Source: Bacteroidota bacterium
Lineage (GTDB): Bacteria; Bacteroidota; Bacteroidia; AKYH767-A; OLB10
Length of the DNA: 64,000 nt
Assembly: GCA_031421935.1 (NCBI GenBank)
Contig: JANOPQ010000262.1
Span: 12,649-76,648, forward strand
Direction: 5' to 3'
The notes under the pieces are model-generated. The model had not been told where the DNA came from. It made no database searches and saw nothing but the letters and a program-made list of their open reading frames with translations. Shown here in pieces: positions 19,897-29,388 of this stretch. How positions within the stretch are numbered: position 1 is the stretch's first letter; each line of letters opens with the position of its first letter. The translations under genes and the position numbers were made by a program.

Positions 19897-22197
19897 ATGC
19901 GAACACCTGGTTCTCTTCAATCAATGTTGTACCCACTTCAAAAAAGATGGTATCTCATTGTTATTTGCATTCTACTGTCGGGAATTGCGGCTACCCGTTA
20001 CCTTTATATGGCTACCTCGCAGTATCAAGCTTCGGCTACACTTCGTATTGAAGATGCTCAAGATGGAATGTCGGGTAGTAATTTGTACCGTGACTTCGAC
20101 GTTTTTAAATCTAACCCGAAAGTGCAAACGGAAGTGGAGGTTTTAAAATCTCGTTCGTTATTCGAGAAAGCATTGGATCGTTTAGATTTCCATGTAGAAT
20201 ATTATCGTCAAGGTGAATTGAAACAAGAGGAAGTTTATCATACTGCCCCATTCTTAGTTGACTATTCAATTACGGATAGTAGTTTTAATACGTTGAATTG
20301 CAATTTGAAATTTTTAGATGGGAATAAATTTTTAATTAGTTATGAGCGTTTAGGAAATACTTTTGAAAAGCAAGGAGTATTCGGAACTCAAATTTGTGAT
20401 GGAGGTGTTTGCATCACAGTAAAAAAAGATGAAGAACAATTGCGTTATCATCCACAATTAAAACAAGAGAATTGGTCGTTTATTGTTTATTCAAGAGATG
20501 CATTAACATCAAAGTTGATGAATGCTCAATACCTTGTTAAAGCAGCCGATAAAGAGGTAAATATTGTTAAACTTTATTATACACATGCGATTCCCGAGAA
20601 AGCATCAAAAATGGTGAATGCCATTTCTACTGCATACATTGATCAAGGAATTGAAGATAAGAAAAGTTTAGCAAGTAGTACCGTGGATTTCATCAATCAG
20701 CAAATTGCTATTGTCGGTAAAGAGTTGGATGATGCGCGTGATGCAATCAAAATGTATCGTATCCAAAATCAGATTGTCAATATCGCACAAGAAACGGATG
20801 CAACGTACAAAACGTTAGGTGAACTTACCTTGCAAAAGGTAGATGTGAACATGCAGTTGAATGTGTTGGAGAACATGAGTGATTATTTACGAAAAAATCG
20901 TGAAGTAAAGTTCTCTGGTCCAGAGTATGGAACGGTCATCGATCAGCTTTTTACGGAAAGTGTAGCTAAGCATAATGCGAAGATCCGTGAGCGAGAGGAA
21001 TTGATTAAGAAATACACTGCCGAAAACGATCGAGTTAAAAATATTGATGCAGAAATATCTCAACAAAAAGCATATTTAATAGAAAGTGTAAATAATACAC
21101 GTCGCAAATTGTTGTCGAAGGAAGATGATCTTTATGCAGCCATCGACGATCAGCGCGCTTCTTTTATTGGGATGCCAGAAAAGGAAAGTACGCTGCAAGA
21201 ACTAAACAGAAATTATTTTTTGTTTGAAAAAGTTTACAATTTCTTAATAGAAAAGCGTACGGAAGCAATCATTACACAACAAGTGAATGTATCATTTAAT
21301 CGAATTTTAGAAACTGCGTTGATTCCAGAAGTAGCCGTTATGCCTCGAAAAGACGTTGTATGGGGATTGGCCTTAATGCTCGGTTTGATTTTGGGTGTGA
21401 TGCTCGCTTATTTCCGTCATTATACGTTGCCATCGGTAAATACTCCAGAGGATTTGATGGCTGATTCATCTATCCCAGTGATCGGACAAATTCAGAAATT
21501 TAAAGTGAATGAAAGTTCTTATAAAGCATTTAATACTTTAACGGCTCGCATCTTTATGAATCAATCGACTCAGAGTTCGATGGTGATAACGGTGACGAGT
21601 ACCCGCAAAGGGGAAGGGAAATCTTTTGTGGCTACACAATTGGCACGAACATTAGCTGCTCAGGATAAGAAAGTAATTTTGTTAGACCTGAATAGTTATA
21701 ATCCCAAAGTAGCATCTAGTTTTGACGTTCGTAACGGATGTGGAATGAAAGATATTTACGCACAACAATGTTCATTGCAAGATGCCATTCAAATTACGTC
21801 TATCCCCAATCTCGATGTTATTACATCAGGTGAAACAGAAGATATGGTTGAACATTTGATTGCAACGAATCGCACGAAGGATATTATTTCTGAGTTGCGA
21901 ACTCAATATGATGCAGTCATTATTGATACCCCTGAAGTAGGTGAATACATTGAAGCCATCCCATTTATGAAGTGGAGCGATTTAAATTTATACGTGGTGC
22001 GTGCAGAAAGCGGTAAGAATGAATTAGTGGAAAACGCGGAAATGGTGAAGGAAGAGTATCGCCTACAAGAAGTGTATTATGTGTTGAATGCAATGAAGGA
22101 GAAAAGAAATCATACAGGATATAGCAAGCCCGCGAAAGTGAAGTCGATAAAGGGACGATCGTATAAAGCTCAACTTTCAAATTTATTCATGTGGTAA
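19897..22197 (+). CDS. wzc: Chain-length determinant / BY-kinase-type polysaccharide co-polymerase (Wzc-like)
   Basis: 766 aa with two TM segments flanking a coiled-coil periplasmic domain. The C-terminal P-loop domain has Walker A TRKGEGKS and Walker B AVIIDTPE. Walker A' is degenerate (ILLDLNSYNP) and the C-terminal tail has only 2 Tyr. Confidence 0.85.
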   Translation: MRTPGSLQSMLYPLQKRWYLIVICILLSGIAATRYLYMATSQYQASATLRIEDAQDGMSGSNLYRDFDVFKSNPKVQTEVEVLKSRSLFEKALDRLDFHVEYYRQGELKQEEVYHTAPFLVDYSITDSSFNTLNCNLKFLDGNKFLISYERLGNTFEKQGVFGTQICDGGVCITVKKDEEQLRYHPQLKQENWSFIVYSRDALTSKLMNAQYLVKAADKEVNIVKLYYTHAIPEKASKMVNAISTAYIDQGIEDKKSLASSTVDFINQQIAIVGKELDDARDAIKMYRIQNQIVNIAQETDATYKTLGELTLQKVDVNMQLNVLENMSDYLRKNREVKFSGPEYGTVIDQLFTESVAKHNAKIREREELIKKYTAENDRVKNIDAEISQQKAYLIESVNNTRRKLLSKEDDLYAAIDDQRASFIGMPEKESTLQELNRNYFLFEKVYNFLIEKRTEAIITQQVNVSFNRILETALIPEVAVMPRKDVVWGLALMLGLILGVMLAYFRHYTLPSVNTPEDLMADSSIPVIGQIQKFKVNESSYKAFNTLTARIFMNQSTQSSMVITVTSTRKGEGKSFVATQLARTLAAQDKKVILLDLNSYNPKVASSFDVRNGCGMKDIYAQQCSLQDAIQITSIPNLDVITSGETEDMVEHLIATNRTKDIISELRTQYDAVIIDTPEVGEYIEAIPFMKWSDLNLYVVRAESGKNELVENAEMVKEEYRLQEVYYVLNAMKEKRNHTGYSKPAKVKSIKGRSYKAQLSNLFMW

Positions 22198-22200
22198 ATT

Positions 22201-23478
22201 ATGAGCTTTCAACTTAGTTTAAGTCTGCCAAAACAGCTCATCAAAAGTGAGACAGCTGTTATTTATGCCGATCAGGCATTGGTAAGCGGACTTAATTTTT
22301 TGTCAAGTGTAATACTTGCACGTTATTTAGGACTCGAAGGTTTTGGTATCTATAGCATAGCATGGCTAGGAGTTATGATTGCAAGTAGTATCAATCAGCC
22401 TTTTATTATTGCACCCATGCAAACGTTGAGCAGTAAGAAAATAGATGCCGATCAATCTGATTATTTGCAAGCACTCGTTTTCAAGCAACTTATTTTTGCT
22501 GGATTGATGGGAGTACTGTCTTTCCTTGTTGTCATTGTAATGAGTTATCTTCTTGATCAATGGAAGGTACAAAGTATTATTCTTGCCTTTCCATTAGCAG
22601 TTTTTGCTTTTTTACTTCAAGATTTTTTTCGTCGTTATTTTTTTGTAATTGGTAAACCCTATAAATCTTTGTTAATTGATGCAATTGCCTATGGCGGAGT
22701 ACTCATTGCCTCGTTTGCTATACATTATGTTCGTTCGATGGATGCACAGTTCATTTTATTATTGACCGCTGTGTTTTTTTTGTATGCTTCGCTCGTGGGA
22801 CTATGGTCATTAGATCAGTTGCGCTTTAAACCAAAAGTAATCAAAGCGACAATACTCGAACATTGGGATTTTAGTAAATGGCTAACGGTTACGGCACTAC
22901 TACAATGGTTTAGTGGAAATCTTTTTATTATTGCAGCCGGAGCTATTCTTGGGCCAGTAGCCGTAGGAGTGACTCGGATGGCACAAAATATAGTTGGAAT
23001 AACCCATGTTCTATTTTTAGCCATGGAAAATATTATTCCAGTTCGAGCATCTCAACATCAACGAGAAGGAGGAAACGAAGAAATGTTTCGTTACTTGTGG
23101 AAGTTTGCTTTGCAAATGGGAGCAGTTACATTAACATTGTTGACGGTTCTAGCGATCTTTAGTAAACAAATCATTTTATTATTTTATGGAGCTGAATTTG
23201 TAATTTATCAGCATATCTTAATCGGATTTTGCGCATTGTATGTGATTATATTTATTGGATATCCTCTTCGTTATGCTATCCGTACGTTAGAAAATACACG
23301 ACTTATTTTTATTTCTTTTATCGCAACTAGTATTTTTAGTGTCTTAACTGCTTATCCAATCATTAAAGCATTCGGATTAAATGGTGTATTAATTGGTTTG
23401 GGCATCACCCAACTAATTACACTCTTCCTTTATTATTTTAGTTTGCGAAAGGAAGTTGCGAAGTTATCAGCTGAATAG
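22201..23478 (+). CDS. wzx: Wzx-type polysaccharide flippase (MOP superfamily)
   Basis: 425-aa polytopic membrane protein (about 12 TM). Its position after wzc fits, and the N-terminal pattern LVSGLNFLSSVILARYLG is typical of Wzx-family proteins. Confidence 0.8.
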   Translation: MSFQLSLSLPKQLIKSETAVIYADQALVSGLNFLSSVILARYLGLEGFGIYSIAWLGVMIASSINQPFIIAPMQTLSSKKIDADQSDYLQALVFKQLIFAGLMGVLSFLVVIVMSYLLDQWKVQSIILAFPLAVFAFLLQDFFRRYFFVIGKPYKSLLIDAIAYGGVLIASFAIHYVRSMDAQFILLLTAVFFLYASLVGLWSLDQLRFKPKVIKATILEHWDFSKWLTVTALLQWFSGNLFIIAAGAILGPVAVGVTRMAQNIVGITHVLFLAMENIIPVRASQHQREGGNEEMFRYLWKFALQMGAVTLTLLTVLAIFSKQIILLFYGAEFVIYQHILIGFCALYVIIFIGYPLRYAIRTLENTRLIFISFIATSIFSVLTAYPIIKAFGLNGVLIGLGITQLITLFLYYFSLRKEVAKLSAE

Positions 23479-23561
23479 TCCATTTATATTCTCATTATAG
23501 GTTTGCTTTGTACTTTTCATCCGAAACCTTACATGCATCTTACACGTAAAAAGAATCAACT

Positions 23562-24698
23562 ATGAAAGTGATTCATGTAGTACTTGGTAAGGCCAATCCC
23601 AATAGAATGAATGGGGTGAACAAGGTTGCACATCAGCTAGCCATGAATTTATATGCGCATCAAGTGCCCGTGGAAATATGGGGAATTACGAAAACTCCAA
23701 CAGAAGCTGTTTATCCTCGTCCATTTCCTACTCATTTGTTTAGATCTCAACCTATCTACCGCGACTTAGATCCTAAAATGATGTTTGCAGTTTCTCAGGA
23801 AAAGAAGGACACTATATTTCATATTCATGGTGGATTCATCACTGACTTTTATAAGTTAACTCGATTATTGAAGGAGATGAATTTCGAATATGTGTATACT
23901 CCGCATGGTGCATTCAATAAAATTGCTTTGGAGAAGAACAAGTGGATTAAAAAAATTTACATAAGCAGATACGAGAAATCTATTTTACGTCATGCCAAAG
24001 CCATTCAATTGTTAGGACAAAGTGAGTTCGACCATCTGGGAACTATTATTCGATTGAGTAATAAAGTTGTTATACCCAATGGACAAGATTTTGATGAGCT
24101 AGCTTTTGAATTTGCAACAATGAAAAATCGAAATGCTCCGGTATTTGGTTTTTGTGGTCGATTAGATACCTATTACAAAGGCCTCGACTTTTTATTGGAA
24201 GGATTTGCCGGTTATTGTAAGAAGGGTGGCGAAGGTGAATTATGGTTGATAGGTGATGGACCTGATCGTCCTCAACTCGAAGCATTGTGTAAAGTATTTC
24301 ATATTGAAACGCGTGTGCAGTTTATGGGAGCACGTTATGGAAAGGATAAACTAAATCGAATTGCAAATATGGATGTTTTTTGTCACCCTTCTCGTTCAGA
24401 AGGTTCACCCACAGCGGTTCTTGAAGCGGGCGCATTAGGAAAAGCACTTATCGTAAGCACTGCAACCAATGTTGGGGCAGATGTTGAAAAGTATAATGCA
24501 GGTTTTCACATTCGCCAAAGTACAAGTAAGAGTATCGAAAATGCAATGTTTAGTTTTTTAAAGACTTACCAATCTGGTGAATATTTAGAGTTTGGAAAGC
24601 AAGCAAAAGAGATGGTGAAAATTGAATTTTCATGGAATGCGGTTACGAAGAAATTGCTAGAGCTGTACGATTATGAAACACGAGCCGTAAAGTTATGA
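23562..24698 (+). CDS. Glycosyltransferase family 4
   Basis: 378 aa. The C-terminal GT4 signature reads FCHPSRSEGSPTAVLEAGALGKALIVS (an E-x7-E-like motif). Confidence 0.85.
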   Translation: MKVIHVVLGKANPNRMNGVNKVAHQLAMNLYAHQVPVEIWGITKTPTEAVYPRPFPTHLFRSQPIYRDLDPKMMFAVSQEKKDTIFHIHGGFITDFYKLTRLLKEMNFEYVYTPHGAFNKIALEKNKWIKKIYISRYEKSILRHAKAIQLLGQSEFDHLGTIIRLSNKVVIPNGQDFDELAFEFATMKNRNAPVFGFCGRLDTYYKGLDFLLEGFAGYCKKGGEGELWLIGDGPDRPQLEALCKVFHIETRVQFMGARYGKDKLNRIANMDVFCHPSRSEGSPTAVLEAGALGKALIVSTATNVGADVEKYNAGFHIRQSTSKSIENAMFSFLKTYQSGEYLEFGKQAKEMVKIEFSWNAVTKKLLELYDYETRAVKL

Positions 24699-25996
24699 AT
24701 GAAGAATATTTACTTTCTTCACAATTGGCAAAACGCATCCAACGCTTTTTGATTTTATTATTGGCACTAAGAATAGTTTCATACTTCGTACTCACTGATA
24801 ATATTGTAATTGTTCAAATAACAAAGGCCAGTTTGCGTATTTCTATTACTTTGTTATTAGCTGTGATTTTATTTTTTCAAACCCGGAGAAATAATCCAAG
24901 GAAAAATAAATTTTTGCAAGTCACTCCGTGGGTGTTGTATGGATTGTATTTGTTTTTAGGCGTAGCTTCACTTTTTTGGACGAGTTCATTTCATGCTAGC
25001 GCTTTGCAATGGGTGATGGATTTTGAAGGATTTATATTCGCTTGGATGTTTATGGGTGTTTTTTACATTTATAAACAACGTGATCCCGAAAATTATTTTG
25101 AATTGCATAAAATTATTGCCCCAGCTGTTTTAATGGTTTCGGTAGGATTTATTCTTGGGATATTTCTTGATCCCGATAAATTTTATCGATTAACACATGG
25201 CGGAAGTGTAAGTCGGTTAGGTGGATTTATTATCAATCCAAATGAGTTGGGAATGTTGTTTGTAATTGGAATCAGTTGCTTTCTTCCTATGCTTTTTCAA
25301 CAAGGAAAATTGCGAATTAGTGTCGCACTTTCAATGATCCTGCTCACCTATCAATTAATATTAACGGGTTCGCGCTCTTCGTTGATTGGGTTGTTATTGG
25401 TTTTAATCTTGTATGCTATTTTATATGGAAGTAAGATCAGCAAGTTGGCAATTATCGTTGGAACTATTGCATTAGTTCCAATTGCTGGCTATTCTTTCTT
25501 TGTAAAGCAAGGGCAAGTCGCAGAATTATTTACACTTACTGGCCGAATCCCCTTTTGGCAAGATCTTTTGACTTATAATTTCCCAAAGGAACCATGGCTA
25601 GGATTTGGATATATGCGTATCGATTACGTCGATAAATTCGATTCCTTAAATGCGTATGCTGGTGCGATGACACATAATACCTTTTTGCAAGTATTGTTAG
25701 GGCTTGGAATGAGTGGTCTGTTGCTAGTTCTGATGCAGTTGTCAGTTTTTCTGTATTTTGCTAGCAAAGTGGCTGATAAAGGGTTAAAACAATCGATTGG
25801 TCTCCTATTAATTCCACTTTTGGTTAATTCAATTACCGAGTTCGGCATTTTTGGAGAAACCAATTATGGAATCATCTTTTATTTATTTCTAGTTTTTACA
25901 GTGGCAGTAGAACCTCTTGTTCACTCTGAGCGTATAAAAAGTCGCCACCATGAAAAAGTCAAAACTTTCTCTCACCGATCTCAGCCTCTTGCGTGA
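24695..25996 (+). CDS. wzy: O-antigen polymerase/ligase family membrane protein (Wzy-like)
   Basis: 433-aa polytopic membrane protein containing a Wzy_C-like loop (LTGSRSSLIGLL). An ATGA overlap links it to the upstream GT. Confidence 0.75.
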   Translation: MNEEYLLSSQLAKRIQRFLILLLALRIVSYFVLTDNIVIVQITKASLRISITLLLAVILFFQTRRNNPRKNKFLQVTPWVLYGLYLFLGVASLFWTSSFHASALQWVMDFEGFIFAWMFMGVFYIYKQRDPENYFELHKIIAPAVLMVSVGFILGIFLDPDKFYRLTHGGSVSRLGGFIINPNELGMLFVIGISCFLPMLFQQGKLRISVALSMILLTYQLILTGSRSSLIGLLLVLILYAILYGSKISKLAIIVGTIALVPIAGYSFFVKQGQVAELFTLTGRIPFWQDLLTYNFPKEPWLGFGYMRIDYVDKFDSLNAYAGAMTHNTFLQVLLGLGMSGLLLVLMQLSVFLYFASKVADKGLKQSIGLLLIPLLVNSITEFGIFGETNYGIIFYLFLVFTVAVEPLVHSERIKSRHHEKVKTFSHRSQPLA

Positions 25997-27299
25997 TTTA
26001 TTCGCTCCAGGGTTGGAGATGATTATTATTGATCCCTTCGAAAGAGTGGATGAGAATGTAGAGGAAAGTATGGAGAGTTATCAACCCGATGAGAATAGTT
26101 TGAATTTTGTGATTGATGTATCACAGTATTCTTTTTCGTGTTTTCTATCTAATGCACAGGATGATTCTTGCACTTCTTTTGATTTTATTAATAACGCCGA
26201 TGGAACGATTCGATGGTTTTATAATTCGAATTGTAAGGAAGCAATGCATTTGTCTTTGTACAATTCGAATTCAATAAAGTCAAAGATTTATGTTTCGGTA
26301 AGTAAAATAGTATGGAAGTTGGGCCAAGGTAATTTGCTCTCTTCCGGTCGATTTGAAATGCAACAATTCTTAGTGAATGAAGTAAAAGCAAAGTATGGAA
26401 TTGAAGAGCATGAAATATGTACTTTTTTCACAGGCACAAGAGGTGCAACACGAAAAATAGTTGTAGATGTGACAAGTGAAGATGGAATTTGTGCATTTAT
26501 AAAAATACCATTAACAGTAACTGCTGAAAAACTAGTTAAAAACGAAATTGATATGGTGAAGTCCTTGAATAAATTTGATTTTACAACCTTGAGTCTGCCT
26601 AAGATCTCAAAGCATATAAATGGTCACGCTCGACTATCAAACGTTAAGCCTGCATTTACAATTTCTGCAGATAAAATCGCGGCCATTCACGCCAGCGCTG
26701 TTGGCGAGTTGTACGCACTTAGTCATGAGCGTAAAGCAATCACCGATACAGAATCATGGAATGTGATCAATGGAAATGTGCATTATTTGTTTAATGAATT
26801 AGAGTATAGGAATAATTTAGACCCCAGTAAAATTGATGCGTTAGTAAAAGGATTGAAGCAACTTTATTCAACAATTTCATTGGGAGAGTCTATTCCCGTT
26901 TCTGTGTCTCATGGTGACTTTACTCCATGGAACATGTATTGCGACGATCAACGATTATATGTTTACGATTGGGAAATGGCGAGAAATGGTATTCCGATGT
27001 TATTTGATTTGTTTCATTTTAGTTACCAGTCTGTTATTTTGCAACAACAAAAATCGTATAAGGAAGTAAAGATTAACATTAACGGTTGGTTAAAGCAGCC
27101 AATCGTGATGCACATGATTCAGAAGTATAGAATAAATGTTAAATTGCATCATGCTCTATACTTGTTGTTCAATGTAAGTTTTTATTTACGTCAATACTTG
27201 AATGAAAAGGAGCCGCTCATGCAAAGTGAATGGATGATGGATGCTTGGGTGTTGGCTATTGAAGATTGTTTAACAACTGTAAAAGTCAATTCAAAATAA
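25950..27299 (+). CDS. Phosphotransferase of the APH/choline-kinase fold (unknown substrate)
   Basis: The catalytic loop SHGDFTPWNM (HGDxxxxN) and the metal-binding YVYDWEMA (DxE) are the APH/ChoK-family signatures. The N-terminal 150 aa or so are unassigned. The start is uncertain: 25950 overlaps wzy by 47 nt, and an alternative ATG lies at 26019. Confidence 0.7.
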   Translation: MKKSKLSLTDLSLLRDLFAPGLEMIIIDPFERVDENVEESMESYQPDENSLNFVIDVSQYSFSCFLSNAQDDSCTSFDFINNADGTIRWFYNSNCKEAMHLSLYNSNSIKSKIYVSVSKIVWKLGQGNLLSSGRFEMQQFLVNEVKAKYGIEEHEICTFFTGTRGATRKIVVDVTSEDGICAFIKIPLTVTAEKLVKNEIDMVKSLNKFDFTTLSLPKISKHINGHARLSNVKPAFTISADKIAAIHASAVGELYALSHERKAITDTESWNVINGNVHYLFNELEYRNNLDPSKIDALVKGLKQLYSTISLGESIPVSVSHGDFTPWNMYCDDQRLYVYDWEMARNGIPMLFDLFHFSYQSVILQQQKSYKEVKININGWLKQPIVMHMIQKYRINVKLHHALYLLFNVSFYLRQYLNEKEPLMQSEWMMDAWVLAIEDCLTTVKVNSK

Positions 27300-27301
27300 T
27301 C

Positions 27302-28606
27302 ATGAATCAAAGACGACTTTTTTTAGATTATTTTTTCAAGGAGATGATGCCTTATCGCTACGCCTTGTTGAAGTTTATACATACGTCTATTGATGAGATC
27401 CCAGAAAACTCGGATGTAGATGTTTTAATTTCTAAGCTTGATTTAGTGAAAATACTAAGGATTGTTGAGAAAGGTAAAAATATTGAACGCGTTCAGTTCC
27501 ATAAAAAATCATTTGCCACATTCACTTGTTTGCTATTTGAAGATGGATCTTATTTAGAAATTGATTTTTTACATCGTTTCGATCGAAAGGGCGTTGTGTA
27601 TTTAGATGCTGCGATGGTTTTGGATGATATCGATGTTTTGAATTCTGGATTAAAAGTAGCTTCACATGCTTATAGCTTTGAATATATTTTGCTGTTTTAT
27701 TTGTTGAATGACGCTGTCGTTCCACAGAAATATAGAGATTATTTTGCTTCTTTTAGTACCGAAGAGAGGTCGGGAATATTTATTCACATGACATCCAGTT
27801 ATGGTGTAAATATAAATGTGTTAGAGGATTTGTACTCCTTGCACTCTCGTCATGCAAAGAAAGTTAGACTGCGAATTGAAAATTTATCTGTGAATAAAGG
27901 TATTCGTTTTATATATTATAAATTGCGATATTCTGTCGAAGTATTAAAGGATGCTATCAGTCATCGTGGAATCATGATTACTTTTAGTGGAGTAGATGGT
28001 GCTGGAAAATCAACCATCATTGATGAAGTCAATGAAATGTTGAAAAGCAAGTTTCGTCAACGAACAGTGATTCTTCGCCATCGTCCATCTTTATTACCGA
28101 TCTTAAGTAGTATGCGTCATGGAAAAGCAAATGCTGAGAAAAGAACAAGAGAACATCTTCCGCGTCAAGGAACGAATTCAAGCGGATTAAGTTCATTCTT
28201 CCGTTTTATGTATTATTATACGGACTATATCTTAGGGCAATTCTATATTTATTTTAAATATACGCTTAGAGGATATACAGTTTTGTATGATCGCTATTAT
28301 TTTGATTTTATTATTGACTCTAAAAGATCTAATATCGTTTTGTCTAAAAAATTTATGAAATGGGGATACCATTTCATTTTTAAACCCGAGTTGAATGTAT
28401 TTCTTTATGCGGATCCAGAAGTAATTAGAACGAGAAAACAAGAATTAGATACCATGGCGATTACAGAGCTAACTTCCGATTATAGGAAGTTGTTTACGGA
28501 GTTAAGTAATGGAGGAAAGCAGAGGAAATATTTGATGGTGAATAATGTCAGTAAAGAGGAAACATTCCACCGTGTAATGAAAGAGTGTATTTATTTAACT
28601 ATTTAA
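27302..28606 (+). CDS. Fusion protein: N-terminal nucleotidyltransferase-like domain + C-terminal thymidylate-kinase-like P-loop kinase domain
   Basis: The N-terminal ENSDVDVLI resembles the DxD of minimal nucleotidyltransferases. The C-terminal MITFSGVDGAGKSTIIDEV is a dTMP-kinase-type P-loop. Starting at the ATG at 27302 (MNQRRLF) puts it 2 nt after the upstream stop. Confidence 0.6.
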   Translation: MNQRRLFLDYFFKEMMPYRYALLKFIHTSIDEIPENSDVDVLISKLDLVKILRIVEKGKNIERVQFHKKSFATFTCLLFEDGSYLEIDFLHRFDRKGVVYLDAAMVLDDIDVLNSGLKVASHAYSFEYILLFYLLNDAVVPQKYRDYFASFSTEERSGIFIHMTSSYGVNINVLEDLYSLHSRHAKKVRLRIENLSVNKGIRFIYYKLRYSVEVLKDAISHRGIMITFSGVDGAGKSTIIDEVNEMLKSKFRQRTVILRHRPSLLPILSSMRHGKANAEKRTREHLPRQGTNSSGLSSFFRFMYYYTDYILGQFYIYFKYTLRGYTVLYDRYYFDFIIDSKRSNIVLSKKFMKWGYHFIFKPELNVFLYADPEVIRTRKQELDTMAITELTSDYRKLFTELSNGGKQRKYLMVNNVSKEETFHRVMKECIYLTI

Positions 28607-28631
28607 TTGAAATCACAATATATTATAGATC

Positions 28632-29387
28632 ATGAAACGTAATCAATATACTCCACCAGTGAAGCATAATATTACTGCTTCTTATAAAACTCCCGTGATC
28701 GACCAATTATTAGGTCGCACTACTCTTGAATGGACCTGTGACGATGGGCACAAAGAGGCTTTGCAAGCTTCCTTGCGTTTCACTGATTATGAGGGAAATT
28801 CTCCAAGTACTTATAGTGTTCTTCGTTTACCCTACATTTTCAAAACATGGATGCAATCGCGACGTTCTCCAATTTTGGAAGAGCCAGTTCCGTTTATTGT
28901 GATGGACGCCATTCGCTTTTTGACAACGCTGGTTCAACCAGGAATGAAGGTTGTAGAAGCAGGTGGTGGAAATTCAAGTCTTTGGTTTTTGGAAAAGAAT
29001 ACACATGTCACCACTTATGAGCACAGTTCAGAATGGGCAGGATTTATTCAGCAAACCGTTCGAGAGAATCCATTGCGTTTCCACGAAAAGAATTTTAATA
29101 TTAAAGTGATGCAAGGTTCATCTGCCCTTGCAGATATGGCTTTAATTCCAGATCAAAGTTTGGACTTTGTCCTTGTCGACTGTATGAATGATTTTACACG
29201 ACGCAATGATTGTATGGAAGTGTTAATGTCGAAAGTGAAGAAAGGTGGATGGATGGTGCTGGATAATTCTGATAACCCAGTGAATTGGGTGGGCGCTGAT
29301 TTATTGAAAGGAAAAGAAATGCATAAGTTTAGTGGTTTTGCACCGATGGGATTGTTTGTTTGTCAAACTACCTTCTGGAAGATGTAA
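28632..29387 (+). CDS. Class I SAM-dependent methyltransferase-fold protein
   Basis: Motif I-like VVEAGGGNSSLWFL, an acidic strand end FVLVDC, and GGWMVLDN. Called by eye. Confidence 0.55.
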   Translation: MKRNQYTPPVKHNITASYKTPVIDQLLGRTTLEWTCDDGHKEALQASLRFTDYEGNSPSTYSVLRLPYIFKTWMQSRRSPILEEPVPFIVMDAIRFLTTLVQPGMKVVEAGGGNSSLWFLEKNTHVTTYEHSSEWAGFIQQTVRENPLRFHEKNFNIKVMQGSSALADMALIPDQSLDFVLVDCMNDFTRRNDCMEVLMSKVKKGGWMVLDNSDNPVNWVGADLLKGKEMHKFSGFAPMGLFVCQTTFWKM

Positions 29388-29388
29388 C

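Noticed and set aside
22774-22781. T8 homopolymer inside wzx, considered as a slipped-strand phase-variation switch
   Set aside because: T/A runs of 7-8 nt are common throughout this AT-rich window, and nothing distinguishes this one. It would need population sequencing to support.
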